Assembly: GCA_963841435.1 (NCBI GenBank)
Contig: CAWJCS010000006.1
Coordinates: forward strand, 448,001-512,000
DNA: 64,000 nt
Direction: 5' to 3'
Origin: an uncultured delta proteobacterium
GTDB lineage: Bacteria; Myxococcota_A; Polyangia; Polyangiales; Polyangiaceae
Position numbers and translations under genes: made by a program. Below the pieces are notes generated by a model that searched no databases, was not told the DNA's origin, and saw only the letters and a list, made by a program, of their open reading frames with translations. Of this stretch, positions 37,874 to 50,151 are shown piece by piece (position 1 is the first letter of the stretch; every line of letters begins with the position of its first letter).

Positions 37874-39942
37874 TCGACGAAGCGGCCCGCGGACGCTGGG
37901 TGCGCATCCGCATGGGCCTTTTGTGCGGCGTTCTTTCGCTCGGGCTCGGCCTCGTGGTCTCGGCCGCCTACTCGATCATGGTCGAGGACCACGGCGGGTG
38001 GCGCGAGATCGCCGAATCGCAGCGTCAGAGGCGCTTGCACGTCGCGCCGAAGCGCGGCGGGCTCTACGATCGGAACGGCGACGCCCTGGCCGTCAGCGTC
38101 GACGTGCCGAGCGCGAGCCTCGATTCCGTGGAGCTCTTGCGCGGCGTCGTGCCGCAGCAGGTGCCGCTCGTCGCACGCGAGGCCGCGAACCGCATCGGCG
38201 CCGCGCTCGGCATCGATCCCGCTCAGGTCGAGAAGCGCATCCTCTCGAAGCGCCGCTTCAGCTGGCTCAAGCGTCAGCTCACCGCCGAGGAAGCCGACGG
38301 CATCCGACGCCTCGCCGCGGGCGAGGACGGCAAGACGCCGCTGCGCGGCCTCGTCGTCGAGGGCGAGGGGCGCCGGTACTACCCGCGGCGCGAGCTCGCA
38401 GGACCCCTGCTCGGCTTCGTGGCTCCCGACGGCGAGGGCAAGGACGGCCTCGAGTATTCGCTCAACGACGACCTCGCAGGGCGCGTCGAGAGGCTTCGCG
38501 GGTTGCGCGACCGCTCGGGGCGGCTCCTTTTTTCCGAGGGCGCCGAGGACGAGCGCGCCCTCGCGGGGCACAGCATCACGCTCACGCTCGACCAGGGGCT
38601 GGAGTACGTCGCCGAGCACGAGCTCGCCGCCGCGGTGCGCACGTTCGAGGCGGCAGGCGGCTCGGTCGTCGTCGTGGATCCGTCGAACGGGCGAGATCCT
38701 CGCGCTCGCGAGCGTGCCGTACTTCAATCCCAACGACTACACGGAGAGCGAGCCCGAGGCGCGGCGCTTGCGCGCGACGGGCGACGTCTTCGAGCCGGGG
38801 TCCACCTCGAAGATCTTCACGGTGTCGGCGGCGCTCGCGGCGGGCACCATCCAGCCCACCGAGAAGCTCTACTGCGAAAAGGGCATGATGCCCCTCGACA
38901 ACGTCGTCATTCGCGACACGCACCCGTCCGAGTGGCTGACGATCGCGCAGGTGCTCGCCGTGTCGTCGAACATCTGCGCCGCCAAGATCGGCCTCGGTCT
39001 CGGCGGCGACCGGCTCTACGAGTCGCTGCGCCGCTTCGGCTTCGGTGAGCCGACGGGGTTGCCGGTGCCCGGTGAATCGTCGGGCACCTTGCGGCCCAAG
39101 GGGCGGCCCTGGGTGCAGGTCGAGACGGCGTCCGCCGCGTTCGGCCAGGGTATCGGCATCACCAACGTGCAGCTCGCGATGGCCGCTGCCGCCATCGCGA
39201 ACGGCGGCGAGCTGATGGAGCCCGTGCTCGTCAAGCGCGTGACGACGGCCGACGGCGAGATCGTGCGCGAGGCGACGCCGCGCGTGCGCCGGCGGGTCGT
39301 GCCGACGCACGTCGCGCGCACCGTCGCGGAGCTGCTCGTCGCCGTCACCGAAGGCGAGGGCACGGGCATCGAGGCGGCCATCGACGGCTATCGGGTCGCC
39401 GGCAAGACGGCGACGGCGCAAAAGGCCGAGCCCGGCACGGCGCGCTACTCGCTCGACCGCTTCATCGCGTCCTTCGTGGGCTTCGTGCCCGCCGAGAAGC
39501 CCGTCGTGGCGATCGCCGTGACGATCGACGAGCCCATGGTGGAGCACGCGGGTGGCGCCGTCGCGGCGCCCGTGTTCCGCAAGGTCGCGCAGGCGAGCCT
39601 CAAGCTTTTCGGCCTCGCGCCGCGCGGCGCAGGTCACGCCGACGTCGCCGAGCTCGGGCACCTCCCCGACCCCGCGAACGCCGCCATCGAGCTCATCCGC
39701 CGCGCCCAGGGCAAAGCGCCCGCCGTCCAGGAAGGCGTGGCGGACAATGGTCCGGTCCCCGCGGGGAGCGTGCGCGTGCCCGACATGACGGGTTGGCCGG
39801 CGCGCTCGGCGCTCAGGCGCTCTTTCGAGCTCGGCGTCAAGCCGCGCCTCTCGGGTAGCGGGCTGCTCGTGAGCCAGACACCGCGGCCGGGCGCCGTGAT
39901 GGACAAGGGGCAGGACCTCTTGCTCGTGTTCGAGCCCGCGTC

Positions 39943-39946
<4 letters not shown>
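37870..39946 (+). CDS. ftsI: Septal penicillin-binding protein with C-terminal PASTA domain; single-base frameshift at about 38690
   Basis: RGGLYDRNG, RYYP, GLE, TLDQGL; then EPGSTSK, SSN, GQG, KTAT in the next frame. Removing one G from GGG (38689-38691) restores DPSNGEILALAS. Confidence 0.93.
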
Positions 39947-41462
<1,516 letters not shown>

Positions 41463-41463
<1 letters not shown>

Positions 41464-42890
41464 TGGCGAGCGCGCTTCCCGACAATAGCGCGAGCTTCTC
41501 GCTCGAGGAGGTGCTCGCGATCACGGGTGGCACGCTCGCGCCGTCGTCGCGCGGCGCCTCGCCCGGGGCTCGCGTCGAGCGCGTCGTCACCGACAGCCGC
41601 GCCGACGTTGACGAGGCGCTGTTCGTCGCCCTCAAGGGCGAGCGTTTCGATGCTCACGATCACGCCGCTCAGGCGGCGCGCGGCGGGGCGCGCGTCCTCT
41701 TGCTCGAGCGCGATCTCGGCGACGTGGGGGCGCCGTGCGTGCTCGTTTCTTCGACGCTCGCGGCGCTCGGCGCGCTCGCGGCCGCGCATCGCCGGCGCTC
41801 GCCGGTGTGCGTCGTGGCCATCGCCGGCTCCGCGGGCAAGACCACCACGCGCAGCGCCGTCGGCGCCGCCCTCGAGCTCGCGGCGCCTGGCGTGGTCCAC
41901 CAGACGACGGGCAATCTCAACAACCAAGTCGGCGTGCCCCTCGTGCTCTTCGGCCTTCGTCCCGAGCACCGCTACGCCGTCGTCGAGCTCGGCACGAACG
42001 CGCCCGGCGAGGTCGAGCGCCTGGCCGCGATCGCCGCCCCCGATGTCGCGGTGCTCACGCTGATCGGCATCGAGCACAGCGAGGGCCTCGGTGATCTCGA
42101 CGGCATCGAGGCCGAGGAGGGCGCGCTCTTCGCGCGGCTCGGTGAGCAGGGCATCGCCATCGGCAACGGCGACGACGCGCGCGTGCGGCGAACGCTCGAG
42201 CGTGCCCCCGGACGAAAGCTCACCTACGGCTTCGGCGACGACGCTTTCGTGCGCGGCGTTGCGCGCGCGCCGAACGGCGTGTCGGGCCAGCGTCTCACGG
42301 CTACGGGGGGCTTCGGGCGCCTGACGTTCGAGCTTTCGATGATCGGCGAGGCAGGCGCCTACGCGGCGCTCGCGGCCCTCGCCGTGCTCGAAGCGCTGTC
42401 GCTCTCCCCGGCCCCGAGCGCGCTCGCCCGCGCGTTCGCGAGCGCGGGCGAGCCCGGGCGGCTGCAGGCCCGCGAGCTCGCCGACGGAACGGTGGTGCTC
42501 GACGACGCGTACAACGCGAACCCCGCGAGCGCGCTCGCGTCGCTGCGCACGGCCCGCGAGCTTGCGTTGAGCCGGCGCGCACGGCTCGTCGTCGTGCTCG
42601 GCGAGATGCGCGAGCTCGGCGCGATTGCGGCGCGCGAGCATGCTCGCGTGGGCGAGCAGGTGGGCGCGAGCGGCGCGGCCCTGCTCATCGCCGTGGGCGG
42701 CGACGCCCGGCTCTACGTGGACCCGGCGCGCGCGGCCGGCGTGGAAGCGTGCTTTGCCGCCGACGCCGAGGCGGGGCTCGGCGAGGCCCTAAGGCGTGTA
42801 CGCGCGGGTGACGTTGTGCTCGTGAAGGCGTCGCGTGGCGTGCGAGCCGAGCTCGTCGTCGAAGGGCTCGTCGCGCGAGGTGCCGCGTGA
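41463..42890 (+). CDS. murF: UDP-MurNAc-tripeptide--D-Ala-D-Ala ligase
   Basis: TDSR, GSAGKTTT, NNQVGVP, DDAYNANP, LGEMRELG, VKASRG. Confidence 0.98.
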
Positions 42891-44014
42891 TCTACGAGAT
42901 CCTGTTCCCGCTGCGCACCCTCGCCGGGCTCGGTTGGCTCAACGTGCTCAGGTACACGTCGTTTCGCGCCATCATGTCGGCGCTGACGGCGATGATCGTC
43001 TCGTTCCTCGTCGCGCCTTGGTTCATCTCCAAGCTCCGCGGCAAGCAGATAAGCCAGATCATTCGTGAGGAGGGGCCAGAGAGCCACCTTTCGAAGAAGG
43101 GCACGCCGACCATGGGCGGCGCGCTGATCCTGCTCAGCGTGCTCGTTCCTACCGTGCTTTGGGCCGACGTGCGCAACGTCTTCGTCATCTGCACGGCGGC
43201 CGTGACGGCGGGCTACGGCGCCGTCGGCTACCTCGACGACTTCATGAAGATACAGGGCTCGAGCTCGCGCGGCCTGCCCGGACGCTACAAGCTGCTCGGT
43301 CAGATTGCGATCGGCGGCGCGGCCATCGGCTACCTGTTTCTCGCGCAGGACGATCTGCCTTCGCAGTGGCTCGATGTGCGGGCGCGCGTGGCCATCCCGT
43401 TCCTCGCCTTCGAGAAGCACCCCGTTGCCTTACCGCTCGCCGCCTACGCGGCGTTCGCTTTATTCGTCGTCGTCGCCACGAGCAACGCCGTGAACCTCAC
43501 GGACGGTCTCGACGGGCTTGCCATCGGCCCCGTGATCGTCAACGCCGGCACCTACTCGCTCTGGGCGTACGTCGCGGGCTCGGTGCTGTTCGGTCGTCCA
43601 CTCGCCGGCTACCTCGACGTCGCGGGCTTCCCCGAGATGGCCGAGCTGACGGTGTACGGCGCGGCCGTGGTCGGCGCGGGTATCGGCTTTTTGTGGTACA
43701 ATACCTATCCTGCTCAAGTCTTCATGGGGGACGTCGGCTCGCTCGCGCTCGGCGGCGGGCTCGGCATGCTCGCCGTGCTCACGAAGACCGAGCTCTTGAG
43801 CCTGATCCTCGGCGGCATCTTCGTGGTCGAGGCCGCGAGCGTCGTCACGCAGGTCATTTCCTTCAAGCTCTTCAAGAAGCGGGTGTTCTTGATGGCGCCC
43901 ATTCACCATCACTTCGAAAAGAAGGGCTGGCCGGAGCCTCGCATCATCGTGCGGTTCTGGATCATCACCGTCCTGCTCGCCCTCGTGGCGCTCTCCTCGA
44001 TGAAGCTCAGGTGA
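42887..44014 (+). CDS. mraY: Phospho-MurNAc-pentapeptide transferase
   Basis: GTPTMGG, NAVNLTDGLDGLA, PAQVFMGDVGS, MAPIHHHFE. Confidence 0.99.
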   Translation: MIYEILFPLRTLAGLGWLNVLRYTSFRAIMSALTAMIVSFLVAPWFISKLRGKQISQIIREEGPESHLSKKGTPTMGGALILLSVLVPTVLWADVRNVFVICTAAVTAGYGAVGYLDDFMKIQGSSSRGLPGRYKLLGQIAIGGAAIGYLFLAQDDLPSQWLDVRARVAIPFLAFEKHPVALPLAAYAAFALFVVVATSNAVNLTDGLDGLAIGPVIVNAGTYSLWAYVAGSVLFGRPLAGYLDVAGFPEMAELTVYGAAVVGAGIGFLWYNTYPAQVFMGDVGSLALGGGLGMLAVLTKTELLSLILGGIFVVEAASVVTQVISFKLFKKRVFLMAPIHHHFEKKGWPEPRIIVRFWIITVLLALVALSSMKLR

Positions 44015-44016
44015 CC

Positions 44017-45345
44017 ATGGATCTCAAGGGTAAACGCGTCATCGTGGTTGGACTCGGCAAGAGCGGCGTTGCCGCGGCCAAACTCTGCGTCGCCCAGGGC
44101 GCGCGCGTGGTCGGCACCGACGCGGCGCCGCCCGAAGCGCTCGCTCCGGACGCCCGCTCGCTCGCCATCGAGCTCGTCGCCGGTGGCCACGGGGGAGTCG
44201 ACTTCGACGGTGCGGACCTGGTCGTGGTTTCACCGGGCGTGCCGGCCCTGCCGGAGCTCGAGCGCGCCGTCGCGGCGGGCGTCGAGGTCATCGGCGAGCT
44301 CGAGCTCGCGTGCCGCTTCGTGGAAGCACCGATCGTCGCGATCGGCGGCACGAATGGCAAGAGCACGACGACGACGCTCGTCGGCGAGCTTCTGGGCGCG
44401 ACGGGCCGCTCCGTGTTCGTGGGCGGCAACCTCGGGCGCCCCGCCGCCGACGCGGCAGCGCACGACTACGATGCAGTCGTGCTCGAGGTCTCGAGCTTCC
44501 AGCTCGAGCGCGCGCCGCACCTTCGTCCGAAGGTGAGCGTGCTGCTCAACCTGAGCGAGGATCACCTCGACCGCTATCCGAGCTTTTCCGCCTACGCCGA
44601 GGCCAAGGGCAACGCCTTCGTCAATCAGCTCGCGGGGGACGTCGCGGTGATCCCGTTCGGCGACGCGCTCTGCGAAGAGCAGGCGCGCCGTGGTCAGGGA
44701 GACCTCTTGAGCTTCGGGCGCGGAGGGGACTACCCCGTCGAGCAGGCCGTCGTCGTCGAGGCCGCGACCGGCGAACGGTTCGACCTCGGCCGCTCGCGCC
44801 TGCATGGCCGTCACAACCAGGACAACGCCGCCGCCGCCATCGCGGCCGCGCGCGCACTCAACGCGCGCCTGGACGCCGTGCGCCGCGGTCTCGAAGGCTT
44901 CGAGCCGCTGCCGCACCGCATGGCGCTCGTCGCGAAGGTTTCGGGCGTCTCGTTTTACGACGATTCGAAGGGCACGAACGTCGGGGCTTCGGTGACGGCG
45001 CTCCTCGGCCTCGGCGAGGAACGCGGCGTTCTGATCGCGGGTGGACGCGACAAGCAGGGCTCCTACGCACCGCTCGTCGAGGCACTCCGCGCGCGCGGGC
45101 GCGCCGTCGTCCTGATCGGCGAGGCCGCGCCCCGGATCTTCGACGCCGTGGGTGGCGCGTTGCCCGTGGAGCACGCCACCGATATGGACGACGCCGTACG
45201 GCGCGCGATGCGTCTGGCGCAGCCCGGCGACGCCGTGCTCCTGAGCCCCGCGTGCTCGAGCTTCGACATGTTCAAGAGCTACGCGGAGCGCGGCGATCGC
45301 TTCGCGGAAGCGGTGCTCGCCCTCGGACGGGAGGCCAAGCCATGA
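44017..45345 (+). CDS. murD: UDP-MurNAc-L-Ala--D-glutamate ligase
   Basis: GLGKSG, SPGV, GTNGKSTT, EVSSFQLE, DDSKGTN, LSPACSSFD. Confidence 0.98.
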   Translation: MDLKGKRVIVVGLGKSGVAAAKLCVAQGARVVGTDAAPPEALAPDARSLAIELVAGGHGGVDFDGADLVVVSPGVPALPELERAVAAGVEVIGELELACRFVEAPIVAIGGTNGKSTTTTLVGELLGATGRSVFVGGNLGRPAADAAAHDYDAVVLEVSSFQLERAPHLRPKVSVLLNLSEDHLDRYPSFSAYAEAKGNAFVNQLAGDVAVIPFGDALCEEQARRGQGDLLSFGRGGDYPVEQAVVVEAATGERFDLGRSRLHGRHNQDNAAAAIAAARALNARLDAVRRGLEGFEPLPHRMALVAKVSGVSFYDDSKGTNVGASVTALLGLGEERGVLIAGGRDKQGSYAPLVEALRARGRAVVLIGEAAPRIFDAVGGALPVEHATDMDDAVRRAMRLAQPGDAVLLSPACSSFDMFKSYAERGDRFAEAVLALGREAKP

Positions 45346-46589
45346 GAAACCTCGGCGCCGTCTGGTCTCGCGCCCGGCCCAAGGCGCCCATGGACGTCGT
45401 GCTCGCGGCCGCGGCCGTTGCGCTGCTCGGCTTCGGCGTCGTCATGGTGTACTCGGCGAGCGCCGTCGAGGCGACGACCACTTTCCACGATCCGCAATAC
45501 TTCGTCGTGAGGCAGGCGATCTTTGCGGGGGTTGGGCTCGTGTTGATGCTCGCGGCGTCGCGTATCGACTACCACCGGCTCAAGGCGTTCACGTACCCCA
45601 TCCTCGGCGTCGTGACCGTGCTCATGGTCCTCAGCGTCACGGGTTTCGGGCACACGGGCGGTGGCGCCGCGCGCTGGCTCTCGCTCGGTCCGATTCACGT
45701 GCAGCCCTCGGAAGCCGCGAAGCTTTCGCTGATTCTCTGGCTCGCGTACTCGCTCGAGAAGAAGCGCGAGCGCATGAAATCGTTCTCGATCGGCATGCTG
45801 CCGCACTTCTTGATGGCCGGCTTCTTGATGCTTTTGTGCTTGAAGCAGCCGGATTTCGGCGGCGCCGTCGTGCTCTTGTTCCTCACCTTCGCGCTGCTCT
45901 TCGTGGCGGGAGCGCGGCTCGGCTACCTGCTCGGCGCGGCGATGCTCGGCAGCGTGTTCGCCGCGTGGGCCGTCAGGTTCACGAGCTATCGCTGGGAACG
46001 CATGCTCGCCTGGTTCAACATGGCCGAGCACCGTCAGGATCTCGCGTACCAGCCCTTCCAGTCGGTCATGAGCTTCGGCTCGGGCGGACCCTTCGGTGAG
46101 GGGCTCGGTCGCGGCCTGCAGGTGCTCTACCTGCCCGAGGCGCACACCGATTTCGTGTCGGCGATCATCGGTGAGGAGCTCGGGTTCGTGGGCATCCTGC
46201 TGTTGTGTGGGGTGTTTCTGTTGATCGTGGCGCGCGGGGTGCGGGCCGCGCTCGCCGCCGAGGACGAATACGGCGCTTACATCGCGTTCGGCATTTCCGT
46301 GCTGTTCGGTGCGCAGGCGCTCGTGAACCTGGCCGTCGCCATGGCCATGCTGCCGACCAAAGGGCTGACGCTGCCGTTCGTGAGCTACGGCGGGTCATCG
46401 TTGCTCGTGAGCTCGGCCGCCATGGGCGTCCTGCTCAGCGTGTCGCGCGGACGCACGACGCCGCAAAACCAGAAGCGCGACGCCGACGCTCCCGCGCCCG
46501 AAGCGAGCGCGCTGCTCTTCAGTGAGGCAGGCTTCGCCGACGCGCCGGGCGAGCGCGCGAGCCACCGGGCGAGCGAGGCGAGCGCGTGA
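45342..46589 (+). CDS. ftsW: SEDS glycosyltransferase FtsW
   Basis: MVYSAS, QPSEAAK, QPDFG, LPEAHTDF, GEELG, PTKGLTLPFVSYGGSS. Confidence 0.98.
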   Translation: MRNLGAVWSRARPKAPMDVVLAAAAVALLGFGVVMVYSASAVEATTTFHDPQYFVVRQAIFAGVGLVLMLAASRIDYHRLKAFTYPILGVVTVLMVLSVTGFGHTGGGAARWLSLGPIHVQPSEAAKLSLILWLAYSLEKKRERMKSFSIGMLPHFLMAGFLMLLCLKQPDFGGAVVLLFLTFALLFVAGARLGYLLGAAMLGSVFAAWAVRFTSYRWERMLAWFNMAEHRQDLAYQPFQSVMSFGSGGPFGEGLGRGLQVLYLPEAHTDFVSAIIGEELGFVGILLLCGVFLLIVARGVRAALAAEDEYGAYIAFGISVLFGAQALVNLAVAMAMLPTKGLTLPFVSYGGSSLLVSSAAMGVLLSVSRGRTTPQNQKRDADAPAPEASALLFSEAGFADAPGERASHRASEASA

Positions 46590-47755
46590 CGCTTCCCGCT
46601 CCCACCCTGCTCTTCGCCGGCGGCGGCACCGGGGGGCACGTGTACCCCATGATCGCCGTCGCCGAGGCGGTGCACGCGCTCGCGCCCGCGGTGCGCGTCG
46701 TGTTCGTCGGCACCGAGCGCGGCATCGAGACTCGCGCCGTGCCGAAGAGCGGCCACGATCTCGAGCTCATGCGCGTTCTGCCGCTGCGCGGCGGCGGGCC
46801 GCTCGGCTTCGTCAGGGGCGTGGCACGTGCCGTGGGCGCCGTGGGCGACGGTCGCGGGCTCGTGCGGCGACTCGCGCCGCGCGCCGTGCTGTCCGTCGGC
46901 GGGTACGCGGCGGGCCCGGTGTCGCTCGCGGCCTGGTCGCTCGGCGTGCCGCTCGCCGTGCTCGAGCCCAACAGCGTGATCGGCCTCGCCAACCGGCTCG
47001 TGGCGCCGCTCGCGCGCCGTGCGTACCTCGCGTTTCCCCAAGCCGAGCGGCACTTTCGCCGCGAACGCGTGCTGTGCGCCGGCGTGCCGCTGCGACCCGG
47101 CTTCATGCCCGCGCCGCTCTCCCCCGCGAGCGAGCGGTTGCGCGTCCTCGTGCTCGGTGGGAGCCAGGGCGCGCGAGCGCTCAACGACGCGATGCCGCGC
47201 GCCGCGGCGGCGCTCGGTGCCGCGGTCGAGGTGGTGCACCAGGCCGGCGCAGCAGGCGAGGCGAGCGTCACGGCGCTCTACGCGGAGCTCGGGCTCGGCG
47301 AAACGGCGCGCGTCGTGCCGTTCATCGACGACGTGCCGGCGGCGCTCAGGGCGGCCGACCTCGTCGTGGGGCGCTCCGGTGCCGGCGCGCTCAGCGAGAT
47401 CTGCGCCGTCGGACGGCCTTCGCTGCTCGTGCCGTATCCGTTCGCTGCCGGTGATCACCAGCGCGTGAACGCCGAATCGCTCGTGCGGGCGGGCGCGGCC
47501 GTGAGCGTCGCCAATGCCGAGGCGACCCCCGAGCGACTCGCGCGCGAGATCGGCGCGCTCGCCGGAGATCGCGTGCGCCTCGCCAGCATGGCGGGGGCCG
47601 CGCAAAGAGCAGGGCGACCGCACGCAGCCGAGGCCATCGCGCGCGACTTGCTCGAGCTCGCCGGGCTCGCGGTGCCGCGCGCTCCCGTGACCGAGCTCGC
47701 GAAGCCGCCGCCGTCGGGCCTCGCGGCGCCGCTCGTCGCCATGGAGGCGGAGTGA
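46586..47755 (+). CDS. murG: Lipid II GlcNAc transferase
   Basis: GGGTGGHVYP, GGY, GGSQGA, RSGA, HQRVNA. Confidence 0.98.
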   Translation: MTLPAPTLLFAGGGTGGHVYPMIAVAEAVHALAPAVRVVFVGTERGIETRAVPKSGHDLELMRVLPLRGGGPLGFVRGVARAVGAVGDGRGLVRRLAPRAVLSVGGYAAGPVSLAAWSLGVPLAVLEPNSVIGLANRLVAPLARRAYLAFPQAERHFRRERVLCAGVPLRPGFMPAPLSPASERLRVLVLGGSQGARALNDAMPRAAAALGAAVEVVHQAGAAGEASVTALYAELGLGETARVVPFIDDVPAALRAADLVVGRSGAGALSEICAVGRPSLLVPYPFAAGDHQRVNAESLVRAGAAVSVANAEATPERLAREIGALAGDRVRLASMAGAAQRAGRPHAAEAIARDLLELAGLAVPRAPVTELAKPPPSGLAAPLVAMEAE

Positions 47756-49149
47756 TGTTTCGCGGTCGCGTGCGGCACGTGCACTTCATCGGCGTCGGAG
47801 GCATCGGCATGAGCGGGCTCGCCGAGATCCTGCGGACGCTGGAGTTCGACGTGTCGGGCTCCGATCTCCGCGAGGGCGAGAACACGCGGGCGCTCTCGCG
47901 GCTCGGCGTGCGCATCGACATCGGACACCGCCCCGAGAACGTGCGCGACGCCGACGTCGTCGTGGTCTCGAGCGCCGTCGCGGCGGACAACCCCGAAGTG
48001 GTCGAGGCGCGCGCGCACGGCGTGCCGGTGATCGCCCGCGCCGAGATGCTCGCCGAGCTGATGCGCGTCAAGTACGGCATCGCCATCGCCGGCTCGCACG
48101 GCAAGACGACGACGACCTCACTCGTCGCCACCATCCTGCGCGCGGCCGGCTTCGATCCCACCGTGGTCGTGGGCGGGCGCATGGCGGCGCTCGGCAGCAA
48201 CGCGCGCCTCGGGGCTGGCGACCTGCTCGTCGCGGAGGCCGACGAGAGCGACGGCTCCTTTTTGAGGCTCACTCCCACGATCGCGGTCGTCACGAACATC
48301 GATCCCGAGCACCTCGATTTTTACCGGACGCACGAGCGGCTCAAGGACGCGTTCGTGGCGTTCATCGAGAAGGTGCCGTTCTACGGGCTCGCCGTGCTCT
48401 GCCTCGATCACCCCCACGTGCAGGAGCTCTTGCCGCGCGTGGGGCGGCGGCACGTCACCTACGGTCTGTCGCCGCAGGCCGACTACCACGCGCGCGCCCT
48501 GTCGCAGCAGGGGCTTACTTCGACGTTCGTCGCCTACCGGCGCAGCGAGCCGCTCGGCGAGTTCGTGCTGCACATGCCGGGCCGGCACAACGTGCAAAAC
48601 ACGCTTGCCGCGATCGCCGTCGCCGACGAGCTCGAGGTGCCGCTCGACGTGGTCAAGGACTCGCTGTCGAGCTTCAACGGCGTCGCGCGGCGCTTCTCGA
48701 TCGTCGCCCGAGCGCGTGGCGTCGATCTGGTCGACGACTACGGACACCACCCGGCCGAAGTGGAGGCGACGCTGTCGGCCGCCCGCAGCGCCTACCCGGG
48801 CCGCGTGATCGTCGCCTTCCAACCGCACCGCTTCACGCGCACGGAGCTACTTTTCGACGACTTCACGCGCGCCTTCAACGATGCCGACTGCCTCTTTGTC
48901 GCCGACATCTACGCCGCCGGCGAAAAACCCATCGAGGGCGTGACGGCCGAGCGGCTCGCTCGGGCGATCGCCGAGCACGGCCACCACACCGCGAGCTACG
49001 TCGGCAATCGCGCCGAGCTCGTCGAGCGTGCCGCCGCCATGGCCGAGCCGGGCGACGTCGTCATCGCGCTCGGTGCGGGAGACATCAACAAGATCTTGCC
49101 CCCGATTGCTCAGGCGCTTCAGGGTCGCGGGCCGGAGCCTTCACCATGA
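47755..49149 (+). CDS. murC: UDP-MurNAc--L-alanine ligase
   Basis: GVGGIGMSG, GSHGKTTTT, EADESD, DDYGHHP, FQPHR. Confidence 0.99.
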   Translation: MFRGRVRHVHFIGVGGIGMSGLAEILRTLEFDVSGSDLREGENTRALSRLGVRIDIGHRPENVRDADVVVVSSAVAADNPEVVEARAHGVPVIARAEMLAELMRVKYGIAIAGSHGKTTTTSLVATILRAAGFDPTVVVGGRMAALGSNARLGAGDLLVAEADESDGSFLRLTPTIAVVTNIDPEHLDFYRTHERLKDAFVAFIEKVPFYGLAVLCLDHPHVQELLPRVGRRHVTYGLSPQADYHARALSQQGLTSTFVAYRRSEPLGEFVLHMPGRHNVQNTLAAIAVADELEVPLDVVKDSLSSFNGVARRFSIVARARGVDLVDDYGHHPAEVEATLSAARSAYPGRVIVAFQPHRFTRTELLFDDFTRAFNDADCLFVADIYAAGEKPIEGVTAERLARAIAEHGHHTASYVGNRAELVERAAAMAEPGDVVIALGAGDINKILPPIAQALQGRGPEPSP

Positions 49150-50039
49150 AAGCCCAACGCGCACAGGTGCACGGTGCCTCCGTGTCGGCTCCAGCCGAGG
49201 ACGTGGCCGTCGGCGAGAGCCCGGCGCCCCCCAAGGCAGGAGGCAAGCGCGGTGGGGTCCGCCCCGGCGGCACGAGCTCGGGCACGAGTCGCGTGCTGCT
49301 CGCCGTCAAGCTCCTCTTGGGGCTCGCCATCGTGGCAGTGGCTTCGTCTGCCGTCGCGTTCAGCTTGCACCGCTATGCCCTGAGCACGCCGCGCTTCGCC
49401 ATCCGCGAGCTCAGGCTCGAGGGCGAAAAGCGCCTGACGCCGGAGCGGATTCGAAAAATTGCCGGCATCGAGCTCGGCCAGAACCTCTTCTCCTTCGACA
49501 CGCACGCCGCCGAGGAGCGGCTGCTCGCCGACCCCTGGCTGAGCGCCGCCCGTGTCGTGCGGGAGCTTCCGGGCACGCTCCGGGTCTCCGTGAAGGAACG
49601 CGAGGCCTACGCCGTCGCCGTGCTCGGGGACCGCCCGTTTCTCGTCACTCGCGACGGCGAGCCGTTCACCGAGCTCCGCGCCGAGGAGCCCTTCGACCTA
49701 CCCGTGCTGACGGGGGTGTCGGCCGCCGCGCTCGCCCGCGACCGGGCCGGCGCCGTCGAGCGGCTCAAGACCGGGGCCGACCTTCTGGGACAGTACGGGC
49801 GGCTCGGCATCGCCAAGGTCCACCCCGCCGAGGAGGTTGCCCTGGGCCCCACGGGCCGGGCGGTCCTCACGGTTGGAAAAGCGGGCATCACGCTCGAGCT
49901 CGGCCTCTTTCCCTACGCCCGCAAGCTTGCCATGGCGGAGCGCGTCCTCCGGGAGCTCGCCAAGAAGGGCCGCACTCCCGGGATCGTGTTTCTCGACAAC
50001 GAAGCACACCCCGAGCGGGTCGTGGTTCGCATGCGCTGA
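49146..50039 (+). CDS. ftsQ: Cell division protein FtsQ/DivIB
   Basis: TM plus POTRA (NLFSFD...PWLSAARVVRELPGTLRVSVKER); position before ftsA. Confidence 0.92.
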   Translation: MKAQRAQVHGASVSAPAEDVAVGESPAPPKAGGKRGGVRPGGTSSGTSRVLLAVKLLLGLAIVAVASSAVAFSLHRYALSTPRFAIRELRLEGEKRLTPERIRKIAGIELGQNLFSFDTHAAEERLLADPWLSAARVVRELPGTLRVSVKEREAYAVAVLGDRPFLVTRDGEPFTELRAEEPFDLPVLTGVSAAALARDRAGAVERLKTGADLLGQYGRLGIAKVHPAEEVALGPTGRAVLTVGKAGITLELGLFPYARKLAMAERVLRELAKKGRTPGIVFLDNEAHPERVVVRMR

Positions 50040-50151
50040 GGATGCCGATGAACCCCCGTTTTCCCAATGCGCGCGGAAACTTGGCCCCAAAAGAACCAGG
50101 GTGGCAGGGTCGCCCGAGCCTCCGGTTCAAGCTTCGATGGAACGTCTCGAC

